From Microbotryum violaceum (lineage: Eukaryota), in contig CDLV01000005.1 in NCBI GenBank assembly GCA_001244265.2, forward strand, positions 1,426,001-1,490,000: DNA of 64,000 nt, in the 5' to 3' direction. The position numbers and the translations under genes were made by a program. Shown here piece by piece: positions 1-12,485 of the stretch; the first letter of the stretch is position 1; each line of letters starts with the position of its first letter. The notes under the pieces are model-generated. The model did not search any database and was not told where the DNA came from. It saw only the letters and a program-made list of their open reading frames with translations.

Positions 1-129
1 TATATCCAATTACACCTTTACCAGCACTTTCCCACTGCCACTACTACGTCCTGTCTATTGCCCATGCATGCTCCCCCACGGCATGCCGCCGCTTCAGCGC
101 TGCCGCCCACCACCCCTCGTGCTCGGCCC

Positions 130-1508
130 CTAATCCGAATAGGCGGCCCTTTCTTGAGTTGCGGGGCGGTCACCATCGAAAAAGGCCCGTACGGCTGATG
201 CAAGCGCCGTAGTCTCTTTTTCGAAGTCTTGTTCTGAGCATCCAGTGCCGGCTGCGCGACGCTCGACCGGATCGGGGGCGGGTGGGAGGTCCGGTTTGGC
301 CTTGACTTTTTCGACCGCCAATACCGTTCGTGATGTCCCAACACCACACCAGCCCGTCAGATCCCTCCGGGTCATCCGGTCCGCTGGCTGTTCCGCCCGG
401 GAGTGGATGCGCCATGTATCTATTGACGGTGTGAACGAGGTAGCTGGTATCCACGGAGCTGTGGGTATACTGCGCGTTTGCCTGCTTGTTGTTGGCATCC
501 GGATTAGCCCGCTGATCTCTGAAACTGATTGATTTGATCCGAAGCACATCCCTTAAGCTTTCGGCCCTCATATCGGGTGACCCAGCACGCTACTTCCCAC
601 CCAATCAACGCGACGACGGTGGTGATCCAGCGTCGACGGTAAGGAAGGTCGACTTTTCGATGTGTCGAGGCCTTGGTGCCTCCAAGCAAAAGAGGTCGCA
701 AAATATTATTCACAGTATCGTCATTCCCGTAGAGGGCAAAAATATGCTCCCGTCTGCCGAACCTCGAAACGCTCTTTGCCCTCTACGGGAATGACGATAC
801 TGTGGAGAATATTTTGCGTCCTCTTTTGCTTGAAGGCACCAAGGCCTCGACACATCGAAAAGTCGACCTTCCTTACTGTCGAAGCTGGATCACCACCGTC
901 GTCGCGTTGATTGGATTGGAAGTAGCGTGCTGGGTCCACCTCGAGGGACGGGAGGCAGGTTGCGGCGCATCGTCATTGCCAGCCGCGCGCGCGCTGCAGT
1001 GCATGCAGCGCCTCGCTCAGCATCCACTCGGCCGAGAATTTGACAGGCGCAGGGGCACCCACCGGTGCTGTTCCAGGTAAGGATTGCCATATATAGTCGC
1101 TCTCCAGGAACTCCTTGGCTCGAGTGGCCGCTAGCTTGCGCACGTCCTTGAGATTCGTCGAAACATAGATCTTGGCCATCGAGACCAGCTCGGACTGCCA
1201 GTTCGGAGATGGCGAACAATTTGATGGTCATCGTGGCATCATAGTAGGAGAAGCGGGTCAGAGAGGATCGCGTTTCTTGCCAAGCGCGGCCACTTGCGTT
1301 CACCTCGTAGTTCTCTAAGTACTTTGGGTCTTGGCGCAATTCATACGGAACCACTTCCTGGAAGCCAGCACCACAGTACATGCGCGACAGGATGAATCGA
1401 AAGTCGCTTAGATGATCGGGTTGGATCTTGAATAGCTGGTATTGTCGTACCAGGGCCCTCAGCTCGTCCCGGGCCTCCTGTTGGTCGATCGGCTCGCCAT
1501 TGTACGAC
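130..1508 (-). pseudogene. Fragmented coding remnant of unknown family, possibly with a D..ExK (PD-(D/E)XK-like) segment
   Basis: Protein-like frames on the minus strand: 1508-1180 (PIDQQEARDELRALVRQYQLFKIQPDHLSDFRFILSRMY...), then after a frameshift 1179-973 and 939-721 in one frame separated by a single TGA (...ARGWQ*RCAATCLPSLEVDPARYF...RKVDFSMC...IVIPVEGK), with more fragments at 571-130. Mismatches between the duplicated copies are mostly synonymous or conservative in these frames. Confidence 0.55.
579..936. repeat. Long inverted repeat 1: arms 579-740 and 775-936, 34-nt spacer
   Basis: GACCCAGCACGCTACTTCC...CCCGTAGAGGGCAAA is the reverse complement of TTTGCCCTCTACGGG...GGAAGTAGCGTGCTGGGTC. 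Arms are 162 bp with about 8 mismatches and no internal indels (manual alignment). Confidence 0.97.
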
Positions 1509-1822
1509 GTTAGCTCCTGATGCGATACTCCGGACCAGCTCGTCAGTGTACCTTACAGTCTTCCATTGTGGCTCTTCCTTTGTCTTCCTTCGCTTCCGAG
1601 AGGTCGCACAAAGGCGGGCCGATCGACCAACAGGAGGCCCGGGACGAGCTGAGAGCCCTGGTACGACAATACCAGCTATTCAAGATCCAGCCAGACCACC
1701 TTAGCGACTTTCGATTCATCCTGTCGCGCATGTACTGTGGTGCTGGCTTCCAGGAAGTGGTTCCGTATGAATTGCGCCAAGACCCAAAGTACTTAGAGAA
1801 CTACGAGGTGAGCGCTAGTGGC
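1289..1822. repeat. Long inverted repeat 2: arms 1289-1508 and 1603-1822, 94-nt spacer
   Basis: 220-bp arms with about 11 mismatches and a perfect run of about 109 bp. The peptide MYCGAGFQEVVPYELRQDPKYLENYEV appears in both ORF 890..1381(-) and ORF 1520..1957(+). Confidence 0.97.
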
Positions 1823-2613
1823 GAAGCGGCGGCATGGAAGCAACTCGAGCATGGGCAAAGGACAGGACGTAGTGGCTGGCCGGTTGCCAAAGGCGACCAA
1901 CGGGCGCGCCGAGCGAGTCGAAAGGCGAGTGCGGTGGGAATCATTCCCTCTTACTAGAACCAACGATTCTCGCTCGCAACATCGCCTGTTGCTCGCTCGA
2001 AACTCCATAATTTTTTGCTTTCCCGCCCGCCTCCCCGGTTTGCCTCCCCTTGCTTGCGCTGCCCCGCCGGTTTCTTCGCGGGGCCGTGTCGTGGGGAAAT
2101 TCGCCCCAAGCCCAAACCAAGCCATCTATTATGTAATCACTATTTATATCAACAGAGTTCGGCACAAACTTCGTTCAGTCGGATACTGTTCGTCGTATTA
2201 CTTGGCCGACACGAGACGCTCGACGAGCGACCAAGCACCAGTGCTTGTAACCCATCTGGCTGTGTGGGCTTTGGATCGACCCTCGCGCTCGATCTCAATA
2301 CGAGGCACCCCTCCAAGTTGGCATACTACGTCTCGTCCACTTTGTGCAATAATGAGATGACAAACATGCGTTTCGGTATTGAGGCAATTGCACTTGCAAA
2401 ATCTGCGAGAAAGCTTGTATTCGGTACGCGTAGCATCCCCACATCGCCGAGAATCCGAAATTCTGAATGGCGAATCGATTCAAACTCAAAAGATCCACTT
2501 ACAAGTCCCGGTAAACATAATTCTGAATCCGATGCGACCCCCTCGTCCTCGCCTCGCCTCGCCTCTTGCTTGTCTCCTCCGCGCCAAAGCTCGCTCAGCA
2601 CCACATCGAGATC

Positions 2614-3642
2614 ATGTTCGGCAACTACCTCGGCATCGGCAACAAAGGTGGTCCCTCCGGTAAACGTAATTCGAGACCTTCGAAAGCTTCCGTAAGTACC
2701 TTAGCTGGACGACGGCTCAGAGAGTGTGCTGCGGTCAAGGGATGAGCTGACGGGGCCTTGGGGACGTTTGACTTGGCTTGACTGCACTTCCATCATGGTT
2801 GGTATCGTAGCCGGATACGAGGTGTCAGAAATGTGAAGGGCTAGGACATTATACCTACGAATGTACTGGACAACGGTACGCCCCACCTCTCTCTCTACCT
2901 TCACTCACATGCTCGCACCTCCAACCACCCCTGCTGACCTTGTTCTCTCGCAACCACCCCAAACAAAAAAAGACAATACAAAGAACGCCCTACCCGAACT
3001 CAACAATTGAAGAACCCCAAACTGTGGACCAAATCGAATGGTCAAGCACCTCCAGCTGAAGTGGATCCTAGGAGGTCTGCGAGTGCTGCCACTTTGAGCG
3101 CAATGATCGAATCGTCCTCGACTGCTGTTGAGTTGCCACCCAAGTGAGTTACACCTTTGGTTTTTGGTGTTGCTGCTTCAGGTAAGATGGGGAACGTTTG
3201 CTGACTGATTTTTTTGTTGGTGTGATCGATCAGAGAAGGAACGGCGGCGATGATCCTCGCTGCGAATGAAGCTAAACGAGCTCGACGATTGGCGAGGGAA
3301 AGGGAAGAAGCTTCTAGGCGGGGGAGGTCCAAGAGTAGAAGTTCCTCGAGTGGGAGTAGTAGTCGGTCTAGTTCGAGCAGTCGGTCGTATTCGAGTTCGA
3401 GTAGTAGGTCCAGGAGCAGGAGTAGGAGTCGGTCCAGTCGTCGCTCGAGGTCAAGGGATAGTAGGAGTCGTAGCCGATCGAGAAGTATTTCGAGGAGTAG
3501 AAGCAGGAGTAAGAGTCCAGTGAGGAAGACGAAGAAAGGTCGTTCAAGTGTGAGCAGGAGTAGGAGTCGATCGCGCTCTGTTTCGAGGTCGAGGTCGAGG
3601 TCAAGGTCGCCACCTGTTAAGAGGAGCCGAAGGGATGATTGA
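2614..3642 (+). CDS. ZCCHC10-like zinc-knuckle protein with RS-rich C-terminus (about 4 exons)
   Basis: ATG at 2614 (MFGNYLGIGNKGG...KAS|gtaagt). Exon from 2811 reads PDTRCQKCEGLGHYTYECTGQR (CCHC knuckle), the next reads QYKERPTRTQQLKNPKL, and the last exon is an RS tract ending in TGA at 3642. Confidence 0.85.
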
Positions 3643-3953
3643 GCCACGGCGTGAAAGGGAGAAGGGGTGGTCCGTGTGGTATTTGAGTTTGACGGGGTGT
3701 ACAAGTACGAACAAAAAAGTGTTTCCAGGTTTTTGCGTCGTGTAATGCCAAAAGCAATAAGATTCTTCCGTGTGCGATGAAAAGGGCGAGTGTCAAAAAT
3801 GCCTTGAAACATGTCCGTCCACACATAGAAACACGCAATACCAAAAGACTGATGTCCAACATCCCCTACGATAATTCTTTTGCATCTCTTTCGCAATGGT
3901 GCCTGCGAAAACTACTTCAGCCCGACCCATCCAGGTTCCCATTATTCCGCCTG

Positions 3954-5569
3954 TCAAGCCGCCCTACGACTAACGATACTTTTGCCGACCTCCTCATACT
4001 CATCCTTCCCAATCCAAAGTTGATGGAACGTACCCAAACTAGCCAAGATACTCGCACCCAACCAACTCGAATGAACCCTCTCACTCGGACTCGAAGCCGC
4101 ATGAATCTTGACCTTTGCATTGCCCGCCATCAATGCCATTTCTGCGGAAAGACGATCGACGAAGCCTTGGGAGAGCGTGGTTCCACCTGTGACGACGATG
4201 TTGCTGAAGAAGGTGGAGTGGAGATCGGGGTCGATCTGGATGAGGGACGAAGTGATGAGTTTTTGGAGGGGGAGGAGGGAGGAGTAAGGGTGCGAAGGGA
4301 TGGTCGAGGCCGAGCTGGGGAGCGGGAGGGAAAGGAAGGACGAGGGGAGGTATTTGGAAGGGTTGAAGAGCACTTCGGGGACGGTGTTGCGTGGTGTGGG
4401 GCCGAAATACGAGTTGAAGCCGTTGGGGAACTCGAACGGTCGCGTCGGCTTGGTCGCGAGCAGTCTGTGCGGGGTGGGGAAAGGGCGAGTCAGCACGGGC
4501 GGGCGTGGCGGAATATGTTAGCCCTACCACGCACTCGTCGCTCCAGTTGGGTGTGGTGAGGAACTCGCAGGTGGTCTCTTTGAACTCGTGCATGACGCGC
4601 ATCTGCTGCGAGAGGTGGTACGAAGGCGTAGTCGGGCACGAGGGGTCCTCCGGATTGGGCATTCGTTCGTCCCTGTGATTGTCACGAGAGATCATTTAGT
4701 GTGCTATGTATGCCCAACTGGACATGATGGCTTACCTAAGCTGAGCCTTTGCTGGCTGATTGGGATCGACGGCGGTCTTTTGTTGGACGAGGTAATGCGG
4801 CACAATCTCGACGGGCGGTTCCTGAGTCTTGAGGCTGTCGAGCAGCAGTTGCGACAAGAGACGACCGCCGGTCGGTTGTTTTTGAATAGCTGTGCGATGC
4901 CAATCCAGGTCAGCTTCTTCCCATTGGCTTGTTCTAATCGGTTTCGGTTTCCGCGTGCGCACCTTTTCGGAGCACGAATCCGTCATAGATGGGGGTGATG
5001 GTCGTGAGTTCGTGTCCTACATCGACGACGAGTGCCGATCCTTTTCCAGAGGCAAAGCTGTGCCGGTAGGTTTGCAGTCAAGTTAGTGAACAAGGCTCAC
5101 AAGCCAGTCTGTCACCAGCTTGGACTGACGCGGACATGACGGCCTTGTCGACGGCATAGTACGCCGGTGCGTGGTACTTTTCGAACGCCAACTCGCACAT
5201 CTTCTCCTTGTTGCTCTGCGTGTTCCAACTCGGTTCGGTCGTCAAAAGGGGAAACTCGGCGAGGTTCTCGAGGCGCATCCGGTCAAAGAACGCATGGTCG
5301 ATCGCCCTCTCCGCTGCTTCCCAATCGGTGACCAACCCATCCGAGATGAAAGTCGAATGCACGGCGTGGGGGCGGTAAAGGTGCACCGAGTTGCCGTGGC
5401 TGTAGGAAGGGGTCGGATCGGCCTCGGACGCGGGTACGGTCGAGTAGACGGAGGGGAAGATCGTCTTGGGCGTGTCTTCGCCAGCGTAACCGGCGCGTAC
5501 CGTGTCCGAGCCGATGTCGAGTACGAGCGCGGATACTTCGTCGCCACCGTATTGCACGGGTGGAACCAT
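3954..5569 (-). CDS. ARP4: Nuclear actin-related protein Arp4/BAF53 (multi-exon)
   Basis: N-terminus YGGDEVSALVLDIGSDTVRAGYAGEDTPK; also LLTTEPSWN, NIVVTGGTTL and SWLGASILASLGTFHQLWIGKDEYEE. Confidence 0.95.
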
Positions 5570-5851
5570 CGTAGAGGAGAGAGGAGTGGGGTGGGTGGAG
5601 GTCGGGCTTGAGCGGGTGGGAGGCAGGAGAGCAAGTGCCGGCCGGGATTGCGATACCGACCCGCGACGGCGACCGTGATCGCGCGGCCACAACTTCTTCC
5701 GCCGCTTGTTTGCGCTTGGACCTCTTGCCGCGACTTTCACTTTGAGAACCACACTCGACTCGAATCGAATGCCGGCCTTTGTTTTCTCCCCCAACGGCCC
5801 CACACCAACAGTCACCCAGAACTTTGGAATCGTCAACACGTGGACCATGTC

Positions 5852-6939
5852 ATGACCCTACCTCCAGCCAGCACATTGCAGATCCATGCCGTACACGTGC
5901 CGACCACATTACCCGATCACGAGGCGTACCGGTCACACCTGCACCTGCTCCGCCATGACCCGGAAGCCGTACAAGAGATTCAACGATACCGCTTGGTCGA
6001 CGATTCGAAGCGTGAGCCTTGCCCCTTAGTCTTTTTCACGACCAGAAGCAGCGCACTTACAATCTCACTAGCATTGTATCATCAGGCGCTCTCGTCTCTC
6101 GACTCCTCCCTCGATACGTCCTCGCCTTACAGGGACTAGACTGGCGTCAAGTCCGGTTCGAAAAGGGCGAATACGCAAGACCTCTAGCCGTGAGCGGTTC
6201 ATAGCCTCCGAGCCATCGACCAAGTGCAGCCCGAGCTCATCGCGGCTGACGTACATATCACAGATCCACCCCAATCTACCTAAAGACTTTCAGTACTCCG
6301 CTTCCCATGATGCCGAGTGGGTCATCTGCGCTTCGACTTTTGGGACCACCGAGCACGGCCAAGATTTGCCTCGAGTCAAGAACGTAGGCGTAGATGTGAT
6401 GCGCCTTGCGATCCCTTGGGAGAACGTCGATCAGGAAGGGATGTTGGACATCATGAAGGATCATGTGTGTTACCTATCCACGAATCTGACGTTCTTTGTG
6501 GGCTCTTTTCTGACACCACTGAGAATTCTTTACCCAGCTCTCCCCAACGGAACTCGCACACATCCAATCTGATCCAAACCCCCACCTCGAAACGCTCTTT
6601 TCATATTGGGTCCTCAAAGAAGCCTACATAAAGGCACGCTCATTAGGTCTTCGTGGCTTTCCCGAGTTGAAGAGGATCGAATTCCATCTCGATCCAAAAG
6701 CGTCGGATGCAAGTTGGGAGTGGAAGACGGTCAACGGGTCCCTGGACAGAGTGCAATTAGATGGGTGGTGGTTCGGTTTAAAGACGTTCGATGGAGGTAG
6801 GTATTTACTTGGGGTGGCTTTGGAATTGGATGGGGCAGGACAAGTGGAGGAGCCGAGTTGGGAGGTGGACGCTTTGGATCGGGCCACGATATTGGACACG
6901 CTGCAGTGCAGATGGTGTGAGCTGCAGTCTCCACTCTGA
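5852..6939 (+). CDS. LYS5: Sfp-type 4'-phosphopantetheinyl transferase (Lys5/NpgA-like)
   Basis: Spliced product contains FQYSASHDAEWV, VGVDVM and YWVLKEAYIKARSLGL, the hallmark PPTase motifs. Confidence 0.88.
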
Positions 6940-7296
6940 ATCTTTGGGCCGGAGAATGAAGGACGATGGGATTATGTGCGCAGCCGAGCCAAGAGGTATT
7001 ATGATCGAGCACAAGCGAGGCTCCCCATCCGAAATTGTCCGTCCATTCAGCAAAAGGCGCCTCGTCGGATGATCCCAGTCAGGAAAGCCGCTTCCGTCGC
7101 GCGCGTCGCGGCTGCCTCGAATGCGCCGATCCGGTCTCGATTTGGGAATTGGTCGGCTGCGACCAGATCGACATTTTCAACTCGGTTCACTCGAGGCTGT
7201 TCTGTACGCGTCTTGAGCTTACCCTTGGTCGAGCTCCAGCTATCATCGTCTTCTTCGCTCTATCGGCATTCCGTTCCACCAGTGTTACGTCGAACG

Positions 7297-9092
7297 ATGA
7301 ATCGGCAAACCGCCTCCGGGACGGCTCGTCTCGCCGCCGTCACGCTGCTCCTGACCGCCCTGCTTCTGGCTCAGTGCGGTCCAACCCTCGTCAATGCGAT
7401 CCCCACACCCGCCGGCGAGGGACAGGCTGTCAAAGTGGCGAATGTTCGACCAATAGATTCGACGGCAGTCAAGTTTTCCGCTGAACGTGAGTGGCTTTCA
7501 TCATGCTTCGGGTGGGCCATGTTGTGTGTTTCGGACAACCTCCAGTTAGGAGCTTGGGACGCGGAGCATTTCCGACGGAGGTGGTTCGGCTCCACTTTAC
7601 TTTGATTTTGAGCATGTTATCGCCCCATACCCAAGGAACGCAAACTAACTAACAACGTTTTATAATTTACGTACCCGTGTTTTGTACCGGCCTGCGATTT
7701 TACTAGTTCCGCGACAACTTCCCCAATGCGGATCGGCATGGATCAAATTCGGTAACTCGGGCAACGTGCGACCGCTGACATTGGTGCTCGCCTTGCAAGA
7801 GAATCTACCCATCGCACTCGTGAAAGCGAATGCCAAGACGACGCTCGATGAGGTGAAAATGCTAGGCCCTTTTCAGGTGATCGATAATATCCGCAGTCTG
7901 GACAGAATTGTTCACCCATTTCAACCTCACCGTAGGAGAGGCGATGTCGTCGAGGTTAGCCCGCTCCGTTCTATCCGAGCAGATTGTGTGTCTGTCTCTG
8001 AATTACGTCGCTCTCTTCCCCTGTACAAACAGTTCTTTGCATTCTTCCCCAACGGCACCGGCTACAACATGAACCTAAAGCGCGTGATTCAAACGGGATC
8101 GGCGAGTTGTCTCACGCCGAAATGCAAGAAGGGTCAATACCTGAGCGCGGCTAGTAAGGTCCAGGCCTGAGATCGTTCCAAACCGAACCACAAATTCGAA
8201 CCAAGAAAAACTCGGCTAATGAAACGCATCTCTCTCCGTCTTCGTCTTTCAGCGAACGAATGCACGTCCTGTCCACCCAACGCCTCGGAGTGCGATACAT
8301 CCGGTCGAGCGACCAAATGCAGTTATGGTATCCTCACGAATGGCGAGTGCATCAAAAAGTTTTGTCAACGCTCCACCAACATTCGAGGTGCGTCCGAGAA
8401 AAACTAAAGCATTCACGGTTCTAGATCAGTGTACTGGAATTGACGTCGTGTCGCTCTCGCAGGTGATGAATGTTGTACCGATGGGATGGCCGAAACGTGC
8501 TCGGATGCGAATACCACTCTGACGTGCAGGAAAGGTTGGAAGCTGCTCAAGCCTTCGAACGATACGGTGCTCGTGGCCCTAGACGGTTTTGCGAATGGAA
8601 CCTTGGTCGATGCTGATCGTTGTCAGGGACCGTATGCGGCTCACTTCGGCGGTGAGTCTCCCCTCAGGGAGGACCAGTACTCTCCACTGGTCGTGTTCTC
8701 GAAGCTTATCAACTGACCCGACAGAGCTGCCGTACACTCTCAATTTCTTAGGTTCGAAACAACAGTTCGTAGCCCCGAAAGACGCTCCTTGGAACTGGAA
8801 AATCGGCAACCAGTTATCCGTTGAAGAATGTGCACTCGCTACTCTCTTCCCTTCCTCACAAAACAACGATCGCGTCTTCTTGTACGAACGAAAGAACGGT
8901 TATTTCAATTGTCGAGCTTTTCATCGACAGGAAATCAAGTTGGAATTCAAGGGATCGGGGGGGAGGTACGATTTTGGGACGGGGGGAACTTGTGCGGAGG
9001 CGAGAGTGAGTTGGCCTTTCGCGGCGGAGTATTTTGATCGGGTGGGTTGCGAGGACATTGTGGTTCGTGAGACCCGTCAATGGGAGTTATAG
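7297..9092 (+). CDS. Secreted cysteine-rich protein with furin-like repeats (multi-exon)
   Basis: Signal-peptide-like LAAVTLLLTALLLAQCGPTLVNA-IP. Cys-rich exons CKKGQYL, ECTSCPPNASECDTSGRATKCSYGILTNGECIKKFC and ECCTDGMAETCSDANTTLTCRKGW. Final exon ends RQWEL*. Confidence 0.7.
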
Positions 9093-9499
9093 CAGTTTGG
9101 GAGACGTAAGGCAAGTACAGTTTGAGCTTGGTGATGGCGGCATGAGAAATCATGACAATCTATCGATCATGTTGGTGAGGGGAACAGGAGCACATTTTGA
9201 GTAATCGCCGGAGCCGGATCCACTGGCCGTGTTATGCATCCAGGAACTTGGTGAAGGGGCAGGCAGTGAATTTGCTGCCTCCACGAGACAGGGGTTCTAT
9301 ACTCTGATGCTGTAGTGGTTCCGTCCGGCAGGTCGGCGTCGGTTGGCGATCACTCGATCACTCGCAAGCCGCCCCCCTGCCGTTCGCAGCTTCGCAAGAC
9401 CCGCGCGGCGAATCACGTCAGTCCTCTCTGGGTCGCGCTCGCACTCGACGACCTTTGCCTCCCTACAGCGCAGGTGTCGAACGAGTACACCATCGAACC

Positions 9500-12485
9500 A
9501 TGGCTCCACCACGACGCTCTTCCTCTCTAGGGAGTAAACCCAACTCACAACGTCTGCCCGCTACGAACTTTGCTGCCCCTTCATCTTCTACGCGGAGTGC
9601 TTCGCAACGAGCTTCGACCTCGACTCCGAACGCGCCTACTACTTCTACCGCGGCTGCATCCTCGAGCAAGAAGAGGAGAAATTCTTCGTTCTCTGGCTCT
9701 GGAGGGGCCAAGCTAGATGTCGCTGATTCGCTAGGGTTGGATGGGGAGGCGTTGGATTTCGGTTCGGACGAAGAAGGCGACGATGAGGACGAGTTCACGG
9801 GCATTGCCGATGATGAGGACGAAGAGGATGATGACGGTGATTTCCCCGAGTTGGATCTGGAAGAGTCCGAGGAGGATGAAGATGGGGACGAGAATGAGCA
9901 GGAGCTGGATTCAGACGAGGAAGCGATTCTGGCTGAACTGCGAGCCGAGGCCGAGGATGAGGGCTCATCATCACAAAATACCGACGACGAGGATGGGTCC
10001 GATTTCGATGCGTTGATGAACAAGTATACGAGCAAACCGGATGAAGCCGATCGAGCCGCGTTCGAGACGACCTGGGACGAGGATGAGTTGCCGGTCGATT
10101 ATATGAAGAGGAGCCGGACGGTCAAGAGTCGGATCACGGGGCAGGACAAGACCGAGTGGGACGATGAGATCGAGGCAGATTATGCTAGTGATAGTTCGAC
10201 TGAGGAGGTGAGTGATGGTGTCGGATGATGTTACGAGGTGGTCACTGACTCGTGCGCTACGAGTCTCAAACAGACCACGAACCGAATTGGCAACGTCCCG
10301 GCCTACTTTTACGACGAGATGCCTCACATAGGCTACGACATTGATGGCAAAAAAGTCATGCGGCCCGCTCAGGGCGACGAGTTGGACAAGTTTTTGGAGG
10401 GCGTCGAAGATGCCGATGGAGGATGGTCAGTGACTACTGTTCTAGATCAGTTCTCGGCGAACGGCTGGCTGACAGCCATTTGTGGGGACGATGTAGGACC
10501 ACGGTCAAGGACAAGCTGCATCAGCAGAATGTCGCGCTCACTGAAGAGGAACTCGACCTCATACATCGATTGGCCAAGGGAGAGAACCCGGATTCGAGTT
10601 ACGATCCGTGAGTTTGGGATCTAGGTCAGAGTCTTGCTGAAAGCCACAAGCTCATTTGTCATTTCCACTTCTGCATCATCAGCTACGCCGATCAAATTCC
10701 TTACTTCTCTTCTCAAGTCATGGCCACGCCTTTGACGCGCCGACCTGAACCCAAGAGTCGATTCTTGCCCTCCAAATGGGAGCACAAGAAGGTCATGAAG
10801 ATTGTCCGAGCTATCCGATCGGGTCGCATTGTCCCTCGGCGCCCGGGGGCCCCTTCGACTTCGGCCAACAAGGACGATCCGGCCAAACGCTTTTATGGTC
10901 TTTGGTCGCAAACCGATGCCGAGGCTGCCCCTCATCCCATGCACATGCCTGCTCCCAAGATGGCCTTGCCTTCGCATGAGGAGTCGTACAACCCCCCGGA
11001 GGAATACCTGTGGACCGAGGAGGAGAAGGAAGAATTCCTCTCCAAAGAGAAGGAGGATCGAAGAGGGCAAATCATCCCCGTCAAACACGCCGCTTTGCGA
11101 CAAGTTGGAGCTTATGGGAACTTTGTCCAAGAACGCTTCGATCGTTGCTTGGACCTTTACCTCGCGCCGAGGATGTTGCGGAGGAAACCGAGGTTAGACA
11201 TCCAGGACCCGTCCGAGTTGATCCCCAAATTGCCTTCACCGCAAGAATTGAGGCCATTCCCGACGACGGCGAGTGTCGAGTACCGTCATCCCAACGGTGT
11301 GAGGATTCGATCCGTCTCGATCGACCCGACGGGGATGTGGGTCGTCACGGGTGCCGAGGATGGAGAGGTCCGACTATGGGAATGCGCCATTGGTCGATGT
11401 GCGATGAAGTGGCAATGCGGCGATGGTGGACCCATCTACGACGTCGAGTGGTGCCCCGATCCCGAGAGGTCCATCTTTGCCGTTGCTTCGGCGCACAAGG
11501 TCCACCTCATCTCCCCACTTCCTCTGCTAGGTGAGGAAGTTGCATCCAGGACCAAGACTTATGCTCTCGCTGGATTCAATGCTGCTAGCACGGGCGACGA
11601 CGGGGAGAAGAAGAAGCATGTCCAGCCTCAGGAGGTGAGGTGGTTCAAGCCGAAGGGCGATTCAGAGAGGGACGAGGGGAGGTTGGTCGTCGTCGATGTG
11701 CCGGGGACATTGAAACAGGTTACGTGGCACAAAAAGGGTGATTACTTTGCGACTGTGGCTGCACCCTGTGAGTTTGGTCTGCTCGATAGCGTTGTATGTT
11801 GAACGGATTTACTGAAGCGTTTATGCTATACCGTGCTCCCAGCTGGCGCGCGCTCGGTCCTCATTCACCAACTGACCAAACACCAAACCCAAGCCCCCTT
11901 CACCAAGATGAAGGGTGACGTGCAATGCGTCTCGTTCCACCCTTCGCGCCCGCACTTTTTTGTCGCGACGCAACGACACGTGAGGATGTACGACCTGATG
12001 AAGCAAGCGTTGGCCAAGACACTCAACCCGGGTGTCAAGTGGATCTCGTCGATCGATGTTCATCCTCAAGGAGGTGAGTGCAAGGTGTAACGTTGATAGC
12101 AACTTTAGAGTACTCATTCATCTTGTTCCTATCTTTAGATAACGTTATCGTCGGCTCTTACGACCGTCGTCTCGTCTGGCACGACCTGGACCTCTCCTCG
12201 ACGCCCTACAAAACCCTGCGCTACCATGCCCGCGCCCTCCGTCAGGTTCATTTCTCGCGTGCCTACCCTCTATTCCTCTCCACCTCCGACGACGGATCCA
12301 TCCACGTCTTCCACTCGACCGTTTACTCGGATCTCCTGACGAACCCTTTGATCGTGCCTTTGAAGGTGTTGAATGGCCACGAACCGAAGGAGAGTTTGGG
12401 TGTTCTGGATGCTGTTTGGCATCCGAGGGAACCTTGGATCGTCAGTGTTGGCGCGGATGGAGGGGCCAAATTGTGGTGCCCTTAG
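9500..12485 (+). CDS. ERB1: Ribosome biogenesis WD40 protein Erb1/BOP1
   Basis: [77 protein letters not shown]40 repeats and [14 protein letters not shown]. Confidence 0.97.

Noticed and set aside
579-1822. Inverted repeats as TIRs of a MITE or DNA transposon
   Set aside because: The arms are coding-derived, spacers are only 34 and 94 nt, and I found no target-site duplication or transposase motif. Not fully excluded without a genome-wide search.
3042-3896. 284-aa Leu/Asp/Arg-rich minus-strand ORF
   Set aside because: Antisense shadow of the RS-repeat exon of the zinc-knuckle gene.
5852-9092. PPTase as a marker of a secondary-metabolite cluster
   Set aside because: No NRPS, PKS or carrier-protein gene in the window; the neighbours are housekeeping genes.
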